Positions 39,401-54,300 of a DNA stretch of 64,000 bases are shown here, piece after piece. The number at the start of each line of letters is the position of its first letter. The stretch's first letter is position 1. Location: NCBI RefSeq assembly GCF_964355755.1, contig NC_092677.1:22555175-22619174 (forward strand), given 5' to 3'. The notes beneath the pieces are model-generated. The model was not told where the DNA came from, made no database searches, and was given only the letters and a program-made list of their open reading frames with translations. A program made the translations under genes and the position numbers. Origin of the DNA: Antedon mediterranea. Its lineage: Eukaryota > Animalia > Echinodermata.

Positions 39401-39937
39401 TCCACTGCTTGGTAGAAGGTCTTTTGCAGCAATAGCACCTTCATTATGGAACAAACTTCCACTCTTTGTGAGACTTGCTCCTTCAGTCAGTATTTTTAAA
39501 TCACGACTGAAAGCCCATCTGTTCTCATCCGGTATTAATTAACTTATTCATTCATTCATTTATTCCTTCCCCGAAACCTTGACTCAGAAATACCGGGATG
39601 GTGTCCGGCGGGGGATAGTTTAACCCTAGCTTAAGTTGTGCATGCTTCATTTACTCTCTATTCTTAATTCTGGCCCCGAAACCTTGACTCAGAAATACCG
39701 GGATGGTGTCCGGCGGGGGATAGTTTTACCTTAGTTAAGCATAGTTAAGCTTAGTTACATTTTTTTTTTTTCACATTATTGATTGTCTCCATCCCCGAAA
39801 CCTCGACTAAGAAATACTGGAATGGTGTCCGGCGGGGGATAGTTTATTACCATTAGTTAAGGTACTATGTAAAGCACCTAGAGGGGTCAGTGATCCATTA
39901 GGCGCTATATAAATACTGTTTATTATTATTATTATTT
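36439..39937 (+). mobile_element. Near full-length L2-clade LINE ORF2 (APE endonuclease plus RT), frameshifted
   Basis: WNARSI, AITESWL, AGDFNLH, GHTLDL, SDH in 36439-37944; NYRPISNL, DLTAAFDT, GVPQGSVLGP, YADDTQLY, LHWLPV in 37985-39415; stem-loop plus (TTA)n tail. Confidence 0.93.
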
Positions 39938-42329
39938 AATATGTTGTTTCTTCTATTTAATAACATTCAAATAATATAAATATTTTTGTAATACAATTAT
40001 ATTTATTGCAAAATTCTCAATATGTAAATTTAAGAACAGTAACCATAAAAACCATCTACTTAATGTCTTTTATAATGAGCTAATCATAAGGAACGTGTAC
40101 AATTTGTACTAGCATTTGTAACAGATTTGGACATGCTTTCTCATGCAATGTTTGCTATTCAAGTAAATATGTAAAAATGTTAACCAGAAGGTAAAGAAAG
40201 TTGAAAGTGGTACATAATTAAAATAAATAGCAATGTTAAATAAAATATTTTAGTTTGTTTAAATAGTTAGTAAGTAATAATTATTAATAAAAGAGATAAT
40301 ATGCATTTTTCAATGATTATGTTTTTGAAAGAAATGCAACTCTAATAGTAGACTACTATGATTGTAAATAAAAACAAAAACAACATATATACAAATTTGG
40401 GATAGATACATATATAAATCTAGACTTGCCCCAAGTCTGTATTATCTTTTTTTTTATTTATTTGTTTTTATTTCGACCGCGAATTTTGTCTGAAAATACA
40501 GACTTGTGAAACACGTATAGAAATCGATTTGCAGACCGCAAACATCCGATAAGAATGACGTAGGTTATCATACCGTATTTGGCTATATGGGGCGGGCGGT
40601 ATGTAAATATGGATTTCGAATCAACCACCAATGATCATTTTGTTTCAAAATGAAAAAGATCGAGTACGTACAGTGTGCTGAATGTACGATCGAGACTGTT
40701 GAAATATAAAATCGTGTTGCCAAGTTGTTTTGTTTATTAATTGTTTAGTCCTTGGCCTAGGCCTCCTCCGTAGGTCCTACTCAACTTGCACGTATGACCT
40801 GCCAAATAAAACGCCAATAAAGTAGGCCTAGCTACATACCACCACCGGCACACAACAGGGCTAGGTCTACACCATTATACAGAACAGGACAGGGTCTGGG
40901 TGGGAATTAAATCAAAATTATCTCCGCGTAATAAATGATCCATTCAATGTTTGATTTGCGGCGAAGCTACCCTATCATATCAAGACGAGTTTTCATGTTC
41001 TTGGGAAAAATCCCATCAAATGTTTACCAGACTACTAGGCATATAAAATCATTTCTAGCCTTCAGAAACTGTCATCAATGTACACATTGTCTAAACGTAA
41101 CATAGCGCATGCGCATCATCTTAGTTGTTGAGGCTTTGAAATTTTGAAATATGAATATTAAAACAGTGTACGAGTGAGTAGCCAATCGCATGTAGCTGAA
41201 ACTAATCAACCGGATAATCGTATGCACCAAGAATTCTTGGTGTCAAACCACGTGACTTGTGCGTGTTTCCCCAGACGGAGTATCCAAAATCAAGTAGTAT
41301 ACGTATGAAACGCCATATGTGCCAAAATATTTATCTTTTTACTAATATTAAGACAAAACTCCGTCTGGAACCCAGACTACATCGCGTCAAGCATTAATTC
41401 TTTTCACGCTGCTGCTTTAGCCAGCTAACGTCCCAAGAGGACTACTCATTTAGAAACTGGAAGCAAGCAGCATTTATAGTACTAGAGGCCGACGTTTTTG
41501 TTTTTTTGTAAACTAGGACACGTCATGCTAAAATTACAAATCCCAAAGCATTTCTGGTATTTATGAGTCCCATTTGACTGTCAATATAGACCGATATATA
41601 TAATACTGTAAATCCCTGTCAGATAATTATTGAATTATTATCAAAACAGTCCATTAAAGTTTTTGTTTGTAATAGGATACTTCACACTTAAATTATTTAG
41701 GTGTGATAAAGTGACCCCCCCCCCCCCCCCCAGACTTGACCTTAGCAATAAAATAAACTAAAGTGACAGAAATTGAGTCTGTGTTTCATATCAAAGTTAT
41801 TCACTTCTGTAACAATAATATTTATTCACGTATAAAAAGAGAAAAGAAACGTTTAATTATAACCCAAAAACCATTGTCTGACAGACAATTTAAGTATTTT
41901 TGCTTTAAATTACATTTTTTTTCAGGTAAAATAACTATTATGTGACAATAAAATGACACATTAAAAAACAAATTTGAAATAAAAAATATTGTTCAGAGGG
42001 ACAATATATCTTTAAAACTGTTACGTCAATTTGTAAGAAATATTTCTTGTTTACTCTTGTTCCATGGACCTAGGTTTAGATTAGGTTCATGCTATACTAA
42101 GGCTTTTTTGGTATTTTATTGCATGGCGATTCTCCAACGTCCTCGGCGTGGTCTCAGTTGTACGAATGCACTACATAGGACAAATTGATACATACATAAA
42201 ATAATAAAGTGTTAAAAAATAGAAAGAAGATGAGCGTGCGGAACATCATCTTTTTCTTCTTTTTTTGTTTCCCTGACTAGTGATTCAGCTTACGAACTAA
42301 TTTTTTTTTTTTGTCTTGTTGTTTTTAAG

Positions 42330-45300
42330 GTCACTTTTGATAATTACTTCATCAACAGCAGATTTGTTAATATGGACAGAAGTGGACACAAGTAACTCAC
42401 AACCTAATTCTAAACTCGCAACCTTTAACATGAAGACAAACATACCTGAAGGGACTAACACAGCCACTATGAAATACAACCTTACACCAGCTAAGTTTGT
42501 TGCACTAGATTATGACTATAGTGACCGTCTAATATTTTTTAGCGCCAATGTCCGTGCGGCCGTATACAAAGTAAGAATGGACGTATCCAGTGGCGGTACT
42601 AGTGTAATATTTGGTGGAACCAAAAATGTCGAAGGCATTGCAGTCGACTGGTTAGCAAAAAATCTGTACATAATTGATCAGACGTACGACTGGATCTTCG
42701 TCATCAATTATAGAAATAATACCGGTAACAATCGTATTTTAATGAGAGAAGGGTTAGACAAACCACGTGGAATCGCAGTTCATCCAATCAAAGGGTAAGG
42801 TGACGAAATAGATTGTAAACTTGTAATTGTAACTTCCAACTATCAATTATCTGTTTTAATGTACAATAACATGTTGAACACGTTCCTACATTCCCGGAAG
42901 ACCATTCTCGTATCGCATGTACAGCAGTCAGGTATTAAAATGGCCGTTCTAATTGTTGGTTATGTAATAGGAAATTGACAATAGGGAGCTTTCGCATCGG
43001 AACGGTAATTAACAGAGCCTGGTGGTTATGGCAAGACACACGTGATGGCGGTCATCTCCCCCTGACATAGCAATAGATTGAAAGTAGTGGAGAATAGGTT
43101 GATAATAAGTTGATTTCACTTATACTTGTTGTGCTTGACCTGAGAAAAAAATTGAACATATGCAAAAGGGTCATTTTTAATTATTTGAGGTAAAAAAAAT
43201 TATGGAAGTACATTTTTTTAATAGCTGACAGACCCTGTACACCCGGAGTTTCTACAAAAAGAGGCGTGTAAGCTACGAGGATACTTTTTTGTAAGGAATA
43301 TCTAGAATACTGTAAGCAAATTCTACACATACTATATAATACATATGATGTACTGTAGTTAATTTTACCAAAAAAAAGTAAAATAGAAAACTACCGCGTG
43401 CATTTGCTTCGTACTCAAACTCAAAATAACGTCATAAACGTTGCTCCTCTTTTAGATCGAACGTTAAATCTAGCAACTATAGTCGCAATGAGAACGGAGT
43501 ATACTGGGCTTGTACACATGCGCAGATTAATATTCTGTATAAATTATCGTATCGGTCCCTTTCGTCTAACGTCCCGAAGCGAATTGGAATCTGCCTTGAG
43601 TCCATTTTTATTTGTTGTATTCATACATGACATGTTTAATAATAAATAATATCAGCTTTTGTGATGCATTTCATTCGATTTAAATTCATGTACTTCCTTA
43701 TGTTCTTCTAATAGTTTTAATTCCAATGAATCTAAAATAATTTCTATAGGCCTATGTCCAAAGTTTGTAGTACTGAAGACCAGTCTACTTTAAATTTAAG
43801 CAATAATTAGTTTACGAGTATAATTACGAATATAACTAGTCTTTTTTACGAACATCTTTGAATTGTAAATAACAAGTTCTTCTGTCAATAATGAATTCTC
43901 TCTTTTACAGTCTTTTATTTTGGAGTGACTGTGGAAAAGTGCCAAAAATCGAAAAATCAAATCTTGATGGAACAAACAGAACAGATTTTATCACCACTGA
44001 TATTACTTCGCCTAATGGACTCTCTATTGACTATGCCGACAACAGGTAGCCTATCACGTATTTTCTATCTATATTAAATTTTCTCTAATTAGCCCTGTCA
44101 ATCGACCAAACAAGTTTTCTAGTACGAAATGGGTATTTCTCATTAAAAAAAGTACCAATATTTGAAAATATTACCAGGCTGAAAAGAAACCGAAGGATTT
44201 TCATCAATTGTAGATGAAACGTTCAACTCTTTTCCTGAAATCCTAACGGTATATGTGTCTTTCTACAATACACACATAAGTTAAGCATGTCCAAACTGCC
44301 ATTATTTGAGTTAAATTATGCTCGGTGAAAAACAAAAATATTGCCGTGCACAACATTTCACACGGACAGGAGATGAGGAGGAGAAGAGGTCTTGTTGGCA
44401 TTAATCAATCAAAAATGATGAAGGCATTGCAGTCGACTGGTTGGCAAAAAATCTGTACATAATTGATCAGACGTACGACTGGATCTTCGTCATCAATTAT
44501 AGAAATAATAACAATCGTATTTTAATGAGAGAAGGGTTAGACAAACCACGTGGAATCGCAGTTCATCCAATCAAAGGGTAAGGTGACGAAATAGATTGTA
44601 AACTTGTAATTGTACCTTCCAACTATCAATTATCTGTTTTAATGTACAATAACATGTTGAACACGTTCCTACATTCCCGGAAGACCATTCGTATCGCATG
44701 TACAGCAGTCAGGTATTAAAATGACCGTTCTAATTGTTGGTTATGTAATAGGAAATTGACAATAGGGAGCTTTCGCATCGGAACGGTAATTAACAGAGCC
44801 TGGTGGTTATGGCAAGACACACGTGATGGCGGTCATCTCCCCCTGACATAGCAATAGATTGAAAGTAGTGGAGATGGCATTAATCAATCAAAAATGATGA
44901 ATACCTTGACGCACAAACTTCTATAACGATTGACTAGATGGATTTCCTTGGTTTTCAGGGGAATCGAACTATAGGAGGACAACTTTTTAAAATGTCTTTG
45001 TTTTAGATATGAAAAATGCATATTTATCTTTTACCGTTGATCGTTATCGCCCTAGTGTAAATTGGTCTTTAAGCTTAGCTCCCCGGCCTAGCATTCGTTA
45101 ATTTATGAATAAAAGTAGGTGTGTCATGTTATAAAACAAATATGATTTGAAATAAAATGTTTGTATTCGTTAGGCCTAAATGGAGAGAATATTACATTCG
45201 ATGAAAAAAGAGAGAGAGAGAGTACTCTATGTTTCAACTTATATACTTAAGTATTCTCACCATCTTTCTCAACAACTAGTTCAATCGCTCGTGCTGTCAC

Positions 45301-48300
45301 ATATTGATTACGCCAATGCATTGTATTATGGTCTACCTGCTAATACCCTTGCTCCAATGAAGAGGTTACTGCACCAAGCTGCGAAAATAATTGTCAGGAA
45401 AGGTCGGTATGACAGTGCAACTAACGCCATGCGATCCTTGCACTGGCTTCCGATGTCTCATAGATGTCAATTCAAAATAGCGTGTCTTGTATGGCGTTTG
45501 CTTAAAGGTTCCGCTCCAAGTTACCTGAGAGATATTCTTACTGTGCGGAATGTTTCTCGCAGTACTCGTTCAAGCACCAGCAATTATAACCTGACAATCC
45601 CACGAACTAAACGAAAGACATTTGCTGACCGTTCGTTCGCCGTAGCAGGACCCAAAATTTGGAACAGATTACCAAGTCACATTAAACACTTAGACGACTA
45701 TAATCAGTTTAAAAAACATTTAAAAGCACTATATTTCAAACAATGTTACTAATTGATGTGAAGCGCCGCTGATTATAATTAAATGTTGTATAAATGTGCG
45801 CTATACAAGTAATAATAATAATAATAATAATAATAGTAAACATTCAATATTTGTATAATATTGCCTTAGTATTATAAATTAGAAATGTTAGCTTATATAC
45901 AACAAGGACTACATAATCATTACAATATTTATTATTTAGACTTTACTGGACAGACGTGGGTAATGGGTTTTCTAAAGTTGAGTCATGCAACCTTGATGGA
46001 TCCGATCGACGCATATTTTACAATGAGTCAGAGGCAACTTCAGAATTCTTTAAGTTAAAAGTTTATAAGGTAATTCAGAGTGAAATTAGATTGATTTTTC
46101 ATAGTAAACGGGGCTAAATTAGTGCTTGTTTTCTTCGAATCCTCTAATGCACGTTCAGCTTCCTGTAAAGATTTTGAGAATTTTTTGCCACGCTACGTTT
46201 ACATTCGCCAATGATTTACGATGGATACATTGAATAAAAGCATATGTTTTACTTAAAAAACAATGAGCGTTTTGTATTTAATGAATGGATAGAATTCATA
46301 AGATTACAAATTGATTGCTCTATTTTTCAACTCATGAAATATTCTCACCGTCCAACTCATAAACATTCATTAATTTTATAATACTTTTCTCGCGTACCAT
46401 CTAGGTCGTGCCCACAGATAGTTCTCGAATACATACAGTAGTAATTGCAGCGTAAAAAAACTGGCGATTTCAAATGTACGTACCGCAGGACTATATATAT
46501 GTGGACTCATTTAAACAAACCCAATTTGTGTTTTGTATCTAACATTAGGGTTGAGTGGGTTGGGGATTAGGATAGGTACAAAGATGAACAATTTTTTAAT
46601 ATATTCTTTATATTAAAATTATTCTTTATATTTCTTTATTATCCACTCAGTAACAAAATATTTTTTTATAGGCCTATAAATAATATACCACTAAATAGAG
46701 TAAAACATTTCCGATTTAATACTTTGTTAAAACTGTCACTGTCATAGTCGATTGAAATAGTAAAGTACATGTAACGATACACCACTACGACGTTTATATT
46801 TTTTTGTAATTATTAATTAATACAAACGTTGAGAAGCAACTGTCAGTAATAAAGTATTATATTATTATGTGTTTATAATCTAAAAGTAGGGGCTACCCAC
46901 ACTCACAGTAATAAAGTTTATTAGTATATTTGTTTATATTATATCTAACAGTACCAACACTCAAATGGCGATCAAAAGTGGTTAATACCTATTTACAGTA
47001 TTGTATAGCATTACAATACTATTTATGTTTATTCTCCAAGGGTCCATCAATTTACCTACTTGTGTTAAACCATAGAGTTCACTATAATATCTCTATGGTT
47101 AAACCATGGAGGTATGCAACCATGGTTAAACCAGGGAAGAGTTAAATTACAATTTTAATTATTTAATTAATTTAACTCTTCCCTGGTTAAACCAAATAAT
47201 TTAGAATGTTCCATTCATCACAAATCAATACATTTGTAAAAACGTATATTAAATCTATCAAAATAGTATTTTTAAAAGAAAATCGGCCTGTCTTCAACAT
47301 TATGATGCTGTACTCAAACTGTTCAACCGGTTTTCAGCTATTAAAAACAATTATCGTAGGAGGAGATAGGAAAATGCGAAGCATCCTCGTATTATTGTAT
47401 GCGGGTATTTTTCAAGATGGACATGCATTAGACAGTGTATACCACGAAACACCCCTTTTTGGGGCAAATCGTTGAACCTAAATTCGTTTTACTTGTCAAT
47501 AACTAATTATCGAACTCAATTTAATTAGTAAATAGGGTTAACATCAGGTGGTTAAAATCAGTATCGAAAGTACAAACCAACTTTATATACCATCGAGTAA
47601 ACATTCTAGAAATAACGCGCGATTTACCGAATTTTGCCCTTACGTAAATTTATATATATTATATTATAAATATTTTTCTTCTCGTTTAGAATTACGTTTA
47701 TATAACTGATAGGAGGAGCAGCATTATATGGTCTATTAATAAAACAACTGAAGAGGCTTACTTTAACATGGACTTGGATTCACCCCCTTATGGAATTACA
47801 ATATATGGAAACAATGGTCAAGTAGAACAGACATGTAGGGAAAATTTGTTTATCATTTTCATCATTACCTTTTTACTTCACCTAGGTTTACTTAATGGAG
47901 ATAATGATATATCTCCCTACTCTCGTGAAATTAATGCATTTGTAAATAAATAAATAGTTATCTTAAATGTCAACAATACAAAAGAGATCATCGTCTATTT
48001 CCGAAAAAAAGTGTCCACTGTCCTATTATAATAGATGATACAGATGAACAAGTTAATAAATTTAAATATCTAGGTGTTACTTTTAATGATCAACTGACAC
48101 GGTGTGACCATATTGTATCAGGTAAAGGGTTAATTCTTTACTTTCTGGAAATTGATTCTTTCAATGTTGATGTTAAAATCATTACTATCTTTTATATTAA
48201 AGTCATATGTCGAACCTGGAAATACTGTATTTCTGGTTGGGCCGGGAATACAAATACAACTGACAGAATTAACGATGTTGTTAAGAAGGTTGAGCGGACA

Positions 48301-51300
48301 GTTGGTTGTTGCCAGGGGTCGTTGTCCGAGGTTTATAATAGTAACAAATCCAGAATATTTCAATCTATTTTGAATGACACCGGCCACCCTCTTTACAATA
48401 CTTAACTCCCACTACTTAGTCCGAAGCGGGTCGCTTCTGGACACCGACCTCTTGTTTGAGAGCTTGTTAATGAAACGATTTTCCTTTTGGACCAATAAAT
48501 TTCTGTATTCTGTATTCTGTATTCTGTATTCTGCACCAACCGGTACCTTCTCTCCTTCCTTCCACAAGTCATTTAACTTTTTAATAAACATTTTAAACGT
48601 AACTAGTGGTTTTCAATAAGTTTATTGTTAATTTTTTACTCATGTTTTTGGCGTTTTGTAATTGTTTACATTTTGTATTGTTACATATTTTTATATGTTT
48701 GTAAAACGAGCAATGAATTTCCGAAAAGATTAATAAAAGGTTATATAATCATATATGATTAATAACTTGTAAAATGCTGCTTCTATTTACTTTTCATCAT
48801 TTTAGCTCCTTGTTTAAGTAATCCGTGTTCGCATGTTTGTACTAGTGCTGATAATAATGGCTACAGATGCTTATGTAAAGATTCATATTCTCTTTCGTCT
48901 GATGGTGTGTGTCAGCCTGGTACGTATTAAATTATTTATTTAATTAAAGTTAAATTCATAAGATAACCAAGGCAATCAAATAAATCAAATATAGATGTTG
49001 TTCGGTGCAACGCGATTGATAGACATTCACAAACTAATGATTCCAATAATGGCTCCTATAATAAATTAAATGAACACAAATTAAAATAATTTCTATAAAA
49101 AATATGAATAAAAAAAAGATATAATTAAAAAAAATTTAATTGTATTCGAAACATGGTCACGGCATATTTAAAAGTTGGTAAAGGACAACTACTACAACAA
49201 TCCAGGACAACTACTACAACAATCCAGGACAACTAGGGTAACTGTTAAACTACGAATTTGTAAAATAGATAACAAACAGGAAGTTTCTCAAATCAAGAAT
49301 TAATTAAACGTGTGTACCACGAACCTTAAAAACAAATTAAAAGAAGTAAATATGCATTTCTATGCTTTGAGTGGTGATTATCAATATACATGGCACGGTC
49401 ATGATAATAGGGCCTACTAGTCCATGGGCTGGGAGGGTTCCGCCTGCACCCCACCCCCCATTCCCTACATTTTTGGTATTGTATGTACCTATATATCCGG
49501 TGAACTAAAAAATAGATGTTAACACCAAATATCCTCATTCCCTAGATGGTTTTTCAACGGATTTTTAAAAACGATTTATCAATGTATAGAATTTTGTTTG
49601 CTCTACAAGTTGATATATGTGGTAATTAAAATAATTAATGACATTACAAAGGGTCAGAAGGTCACAATTGTTTTTAAATGGAAAAATTCTGGTATCTACA
49701 AACATGTCAATTATACTACATCTTTTAAATATGCCAACATTTTTGTCTACAAATTGGCTAAAATGATTCATATATGATAGGTATATAAATTCTGATTCAT
49801 ATAATTATGTTTAAGTACATGTATATAGCTATAAATAAGTACACAACTTAATAAAACAATCAGTTTCATTATTTTCCCTACATTTTTGGGGTAGGGGTTA
49901 ATAGCAATAGCGATAAAAAGTATACTTTTCCTTGATCAAATCTTTACAAATAGATATTATTTAGGATAATCAATGACGTCACATTAGGTCAAAAGGTCAC
50001 ATTAAAAAAAATTAGGTACTGTATCTACAAACATGTTAATGTATAATTAAAATACCTAAATTAATCTTTATCTGAACCACTCTCTTCATCTTCCTGGAAT
50101 TTTGGATCATCAGGTTTATCAAGAATATCAATATAATATGTTTTGTGGTAAAATTAGTTAGATGTCCATTGTGGCTCTGATCCATTTTCTGTTGCAGTCC
50201 ACCTAGATTATTTGTTGGTGATAGAATTATAGGTTTTGCTATGTTAGCGCTTTTCCATATTGCCACTTGATAGTTGGCTCTCTTTATGTGTTCCTTTAAA
50301 CAGTTTTTACATGGGGGCAATGTTGAAATATCAACATTTTGATGGATTTAACAAACCTCCATCCAATCCGCATTTCTCTTTTCGAGAATACCTCATCTCA
50401 TTTACACTCCTAAATATTGGTTTTCCATATATAGCACAGGTAAAATATTCAAGTTCATCAACAAATTCTTTGTCAACATCCCAGTTGTCTCCAAGCTTGG
50501 CAAATGCCCTCTGAAAATTAGGTATTTTTGAATGAGTTATATATATTACCAATTCCTTTGAAGGCACTATCACACCCTGTAAATGCGTGTAGAGCCAATA
50601 ATGCTGAACCAGTACTGCTGTGAGTACACGTAGTATGCAATCTTTGAAATATTGATACATCTACTTTTGTTGCCTGTTCCAGTCTAATTTGTATTCCAGG
50701 TAACTGAATGGACTCCTAATTCTAGCCTATTTAACACGAATACACTTTACGGATATGAAATGGGGATCAGCTCAAAAGTTTCAGAATGTGTGACGTATCC
50801 GTTTTCGTTATCGTAATCGTCAGGTTGCGAAAACTCCCTAATAATATTACGGGTCCGTTCTAAGGCGTTGATCCCAATAGTCTTCATTTGCATTTTATGT
50901 TTGTATTTCGAGTTTTAAAATTATTGAATAATGCTGATTACCGTTGATTTTTTAGATGGATTCTTCCTCCCGACACCAGCTTTGTTGTACTCATATGGGA
51001 CCTCCATTCGAAAAATGAACAACTTTCCACACATTCTCTTTCCAAAAGAACGTACCTCTATTGACCAATTACTGAACAACCAACATAAAATCATTGCCTT
51101 AGAAGCAGACGTTACACGACGCATTTTATTCTTTTCGGATGAAAATGTTAAATCAATATTCAGTTTCGATTTAAAGGTAGGAGGAAAACGAAGAAGAATG
51201 GTTTCTTCAAATTTGGGATCAGTGCGAGGTATGTTCACCTACTTTATAAGTCAGGTTAGATTTTATTCTGAATAACAATTATTTACTTCCCCATATTGCA

Positions 51301-54300
51301 ATTCCTTTTTTTTTAGGTATTGCCATCGACTACCTTTCTAAATCATTATATTGGACAGATTATAGTAATAACCATATTATGGTATCATCATATGATGGAC
51401 AATACCGCCATGTTCTAATAGATACAGACATTGTGCAGCCAACAAGTATTGAAGTTGATCCAATCCACCGGTAATTGTTGAAACTATTTTGATAATCATT
51501 AAACCATTTTAAATAACGGTTTTTTTTCTTCATTTTAGCGATCATGATTATACTAAAATACTCATTCTGTAATTGGTAGATATATGTTTTGGATAGAACG
51601 TGGGTCTTCTACACACATCGAACGTGCTAGACTTGATGGAAGCAACAGAACAATAATTGTCTCCGATCTAAGTCAAGCAAGTGGAATGACTCTTGATTTC
51701 AATTTAAAAAGGTCAGATAATCTTTATAGAATTAACTTTATAAAGGTACAATAGAACAATTATGGGTTCAGAATCAAGTCATCATTTGCCTTCTATAGGC
51801 TACTCCTATTCCGTTGACATCCAGTTTTATAGGCATACACATTTGACGTACTTCGGTAATTACTTAAGTACTTTATTTAAATAAAAGGCATGAATAAACA
51901 CTGATCTACCGGTATACCAACAATGAACGAACGTGTATTTACCGTTATAAATACATCGTCAGTAGGTTTAATTACCATATCCATCGAGGGGCACATTATC
52001 CCATCCTCCATAATCGATCACAAATGTAAATATCTTTTTAAAGTGTCATTTACAGTATATTACCAATTATATTACCGTATATTCCTGGTACACTTTGGAT
52101 ACGATTAATGGTTACCCTGGTGTAGCCTACTAGTCAACTCAGCCACTGTCACACAGGCGACTAAGCCGGTACCCACATTAACTTCTGTATAATGTAGTGT
52201 GAAAGGTGGTTGGACAAGGACGTTGGTTCAGGCGAACCAACGATTGCCATCCAGCAAAAAACCCACCAGATCGGAAAGGAGATATAGGCACCGTTGGGAT
52301 ATGGCTTATGCCTGTGTATCTCATCTGCTACTCATCATCATCCACGATAATCTAGGTCATGAGACAAAACTAAAACTAGATATTACGTTCCAATTATTAT
52401 TTATATGTTTTGTTTTTCTCAGTTTCATACGCTTATTATCTCTATGTTTTTTTGTTTTTTCTCTATGTTTAGACCCATTAATGTTTCTGTTATTTTCATA
52501 ATATTTACATTATGAGTAACACAAATATATTTTTGCTTCAAGATTATACTTTGCTAATTCTGGTACTATTGAATCGGTTGATTATGATGGAAATTCAAGA
52601 AATGTTTTATACGTAAACAAGAAAGCAATCTATTTTGACATGGACATTTTTCAGGTAATAACTTCACTACATAAACGAATCAGATAGGCCTACATGTAGT
52701 TCCTATTGGCATCGTCTTCCAAACTCACGAAGCACAGTTTTAATTTATAAATGTTTTATTTCCATCAAGCTGTTCAATTATGGTGGCGTAATTGTATACA
52801 ATGTTTTCCACATTCCCTGTAAACCAAGATTTTTTTCAGAGAAAATTGGCATCGTCTTCCAAACTCACGAAGCACAGCTTTAATTTATAAATGTTTCATT
52901 TCCATCAAGCTGTTCAATTATGGTGGCGTAATTTTATACAATGTTTTCCACATTCCCTGTAAACCAAGATTTTTTCAGAGAAAATTGGCATGGTCTTCCA
53001 AACTTACGAAGCACAGCTTTAATTTATAAATGTTTCATTTCCATCAATCTGTTCAATTATGGTGGCGTAATTGTATACAATGTTTTCCACATTCCCTGTA
53101 AACCAAGATTTTTGTATTGCTTTGAATAAGCTCTCATGAACGAGTTAACTTTTTTCGTGAGCCCTGATTGGTTATGCAAGACATGTTTCATTAGGCTTTT
53201 GATTCGCGCGACAATAATTCACCTAGTGGAAAATAGGCTTTAAATAGAATTTTATTAATTGAGTACCGTACTATCTAACAACAAATGCCAGTCTTTTTAC
53301 CAAGTGGTAGTCAACACTGATTAAGCACAGTTTTAATTACAAACGCAAGATCACATACATATAAAATGGATGTCGATTGATCACAGAAATAAGTTGTACA
53401 TTATAGAAAATACTGTACACTGTACTGTATATTGTATAACAATCGATTTAACAATATTATATTAATCAACGTTTTTCTGAAAGGATTTCTTATTGTTGAC
53501 TGAAAACGTCAATGGCAGTCTGCATGTGTTAAACCGAGAAACTACAGAGTTTTTGCATTCTTTACAAACTTCTGGACAAGTCTATGGAATTCTGACGTTG
53601 GATTTTACTCGTCAACCCAGCGGAATCAGTAAGTTGTGTTCAATATCACCACTTTTAGAGAGAGATTCTCAAACCCTGAATTCAACTAAATAATAAATAG
53701 CAGGATATCGTTTTGATTAATCAGAGACTCCCGCTAACCCTTTTATTATTTTTCACGAGGAGTGACATCTTATTTTATGTGGTCTCTGATTTTTTTTCGC
53801 TACGCCAAAAAAGTAGAAGCTTTGAAATACTAGATTTGTTGAAATAAAAATACTCAAGGAATTCGTCGGGAATTGGTAAGATTAGGAATACGCATGCGGA
53901 CACTTTCGAGGATCGCGATAATAAATCGCCTAAAGTTTAAAACAGGCTTTACATAATATTTTACAACAACATAGGCCTAATAATCTGTATTATTACGTAG
54001 CTATGGTGAACTGTTGAGCCGTGAAATGTGCAAAAATAACCACATTTGCGAAAACATGTTGCCTTCAATTCTGTGCAAACAATAAACAAAGGATTGCAAT
54101 GGTATGGAAGGTTCTAGGACACCTACTCCCTAGACAGTTACCCCCCCCCCCCCCTCCCCGATGTTTACCACCCGGACAACTACCCTCCGAACAACTACTC
54201 CCCGGACAACTACCCCCTTAGGACAACTACCCACTTAGGATAACAACCCCCCGGACAACTACCCCCCGGACAACTACCCCCTTAGGACAACTACCCCCTT

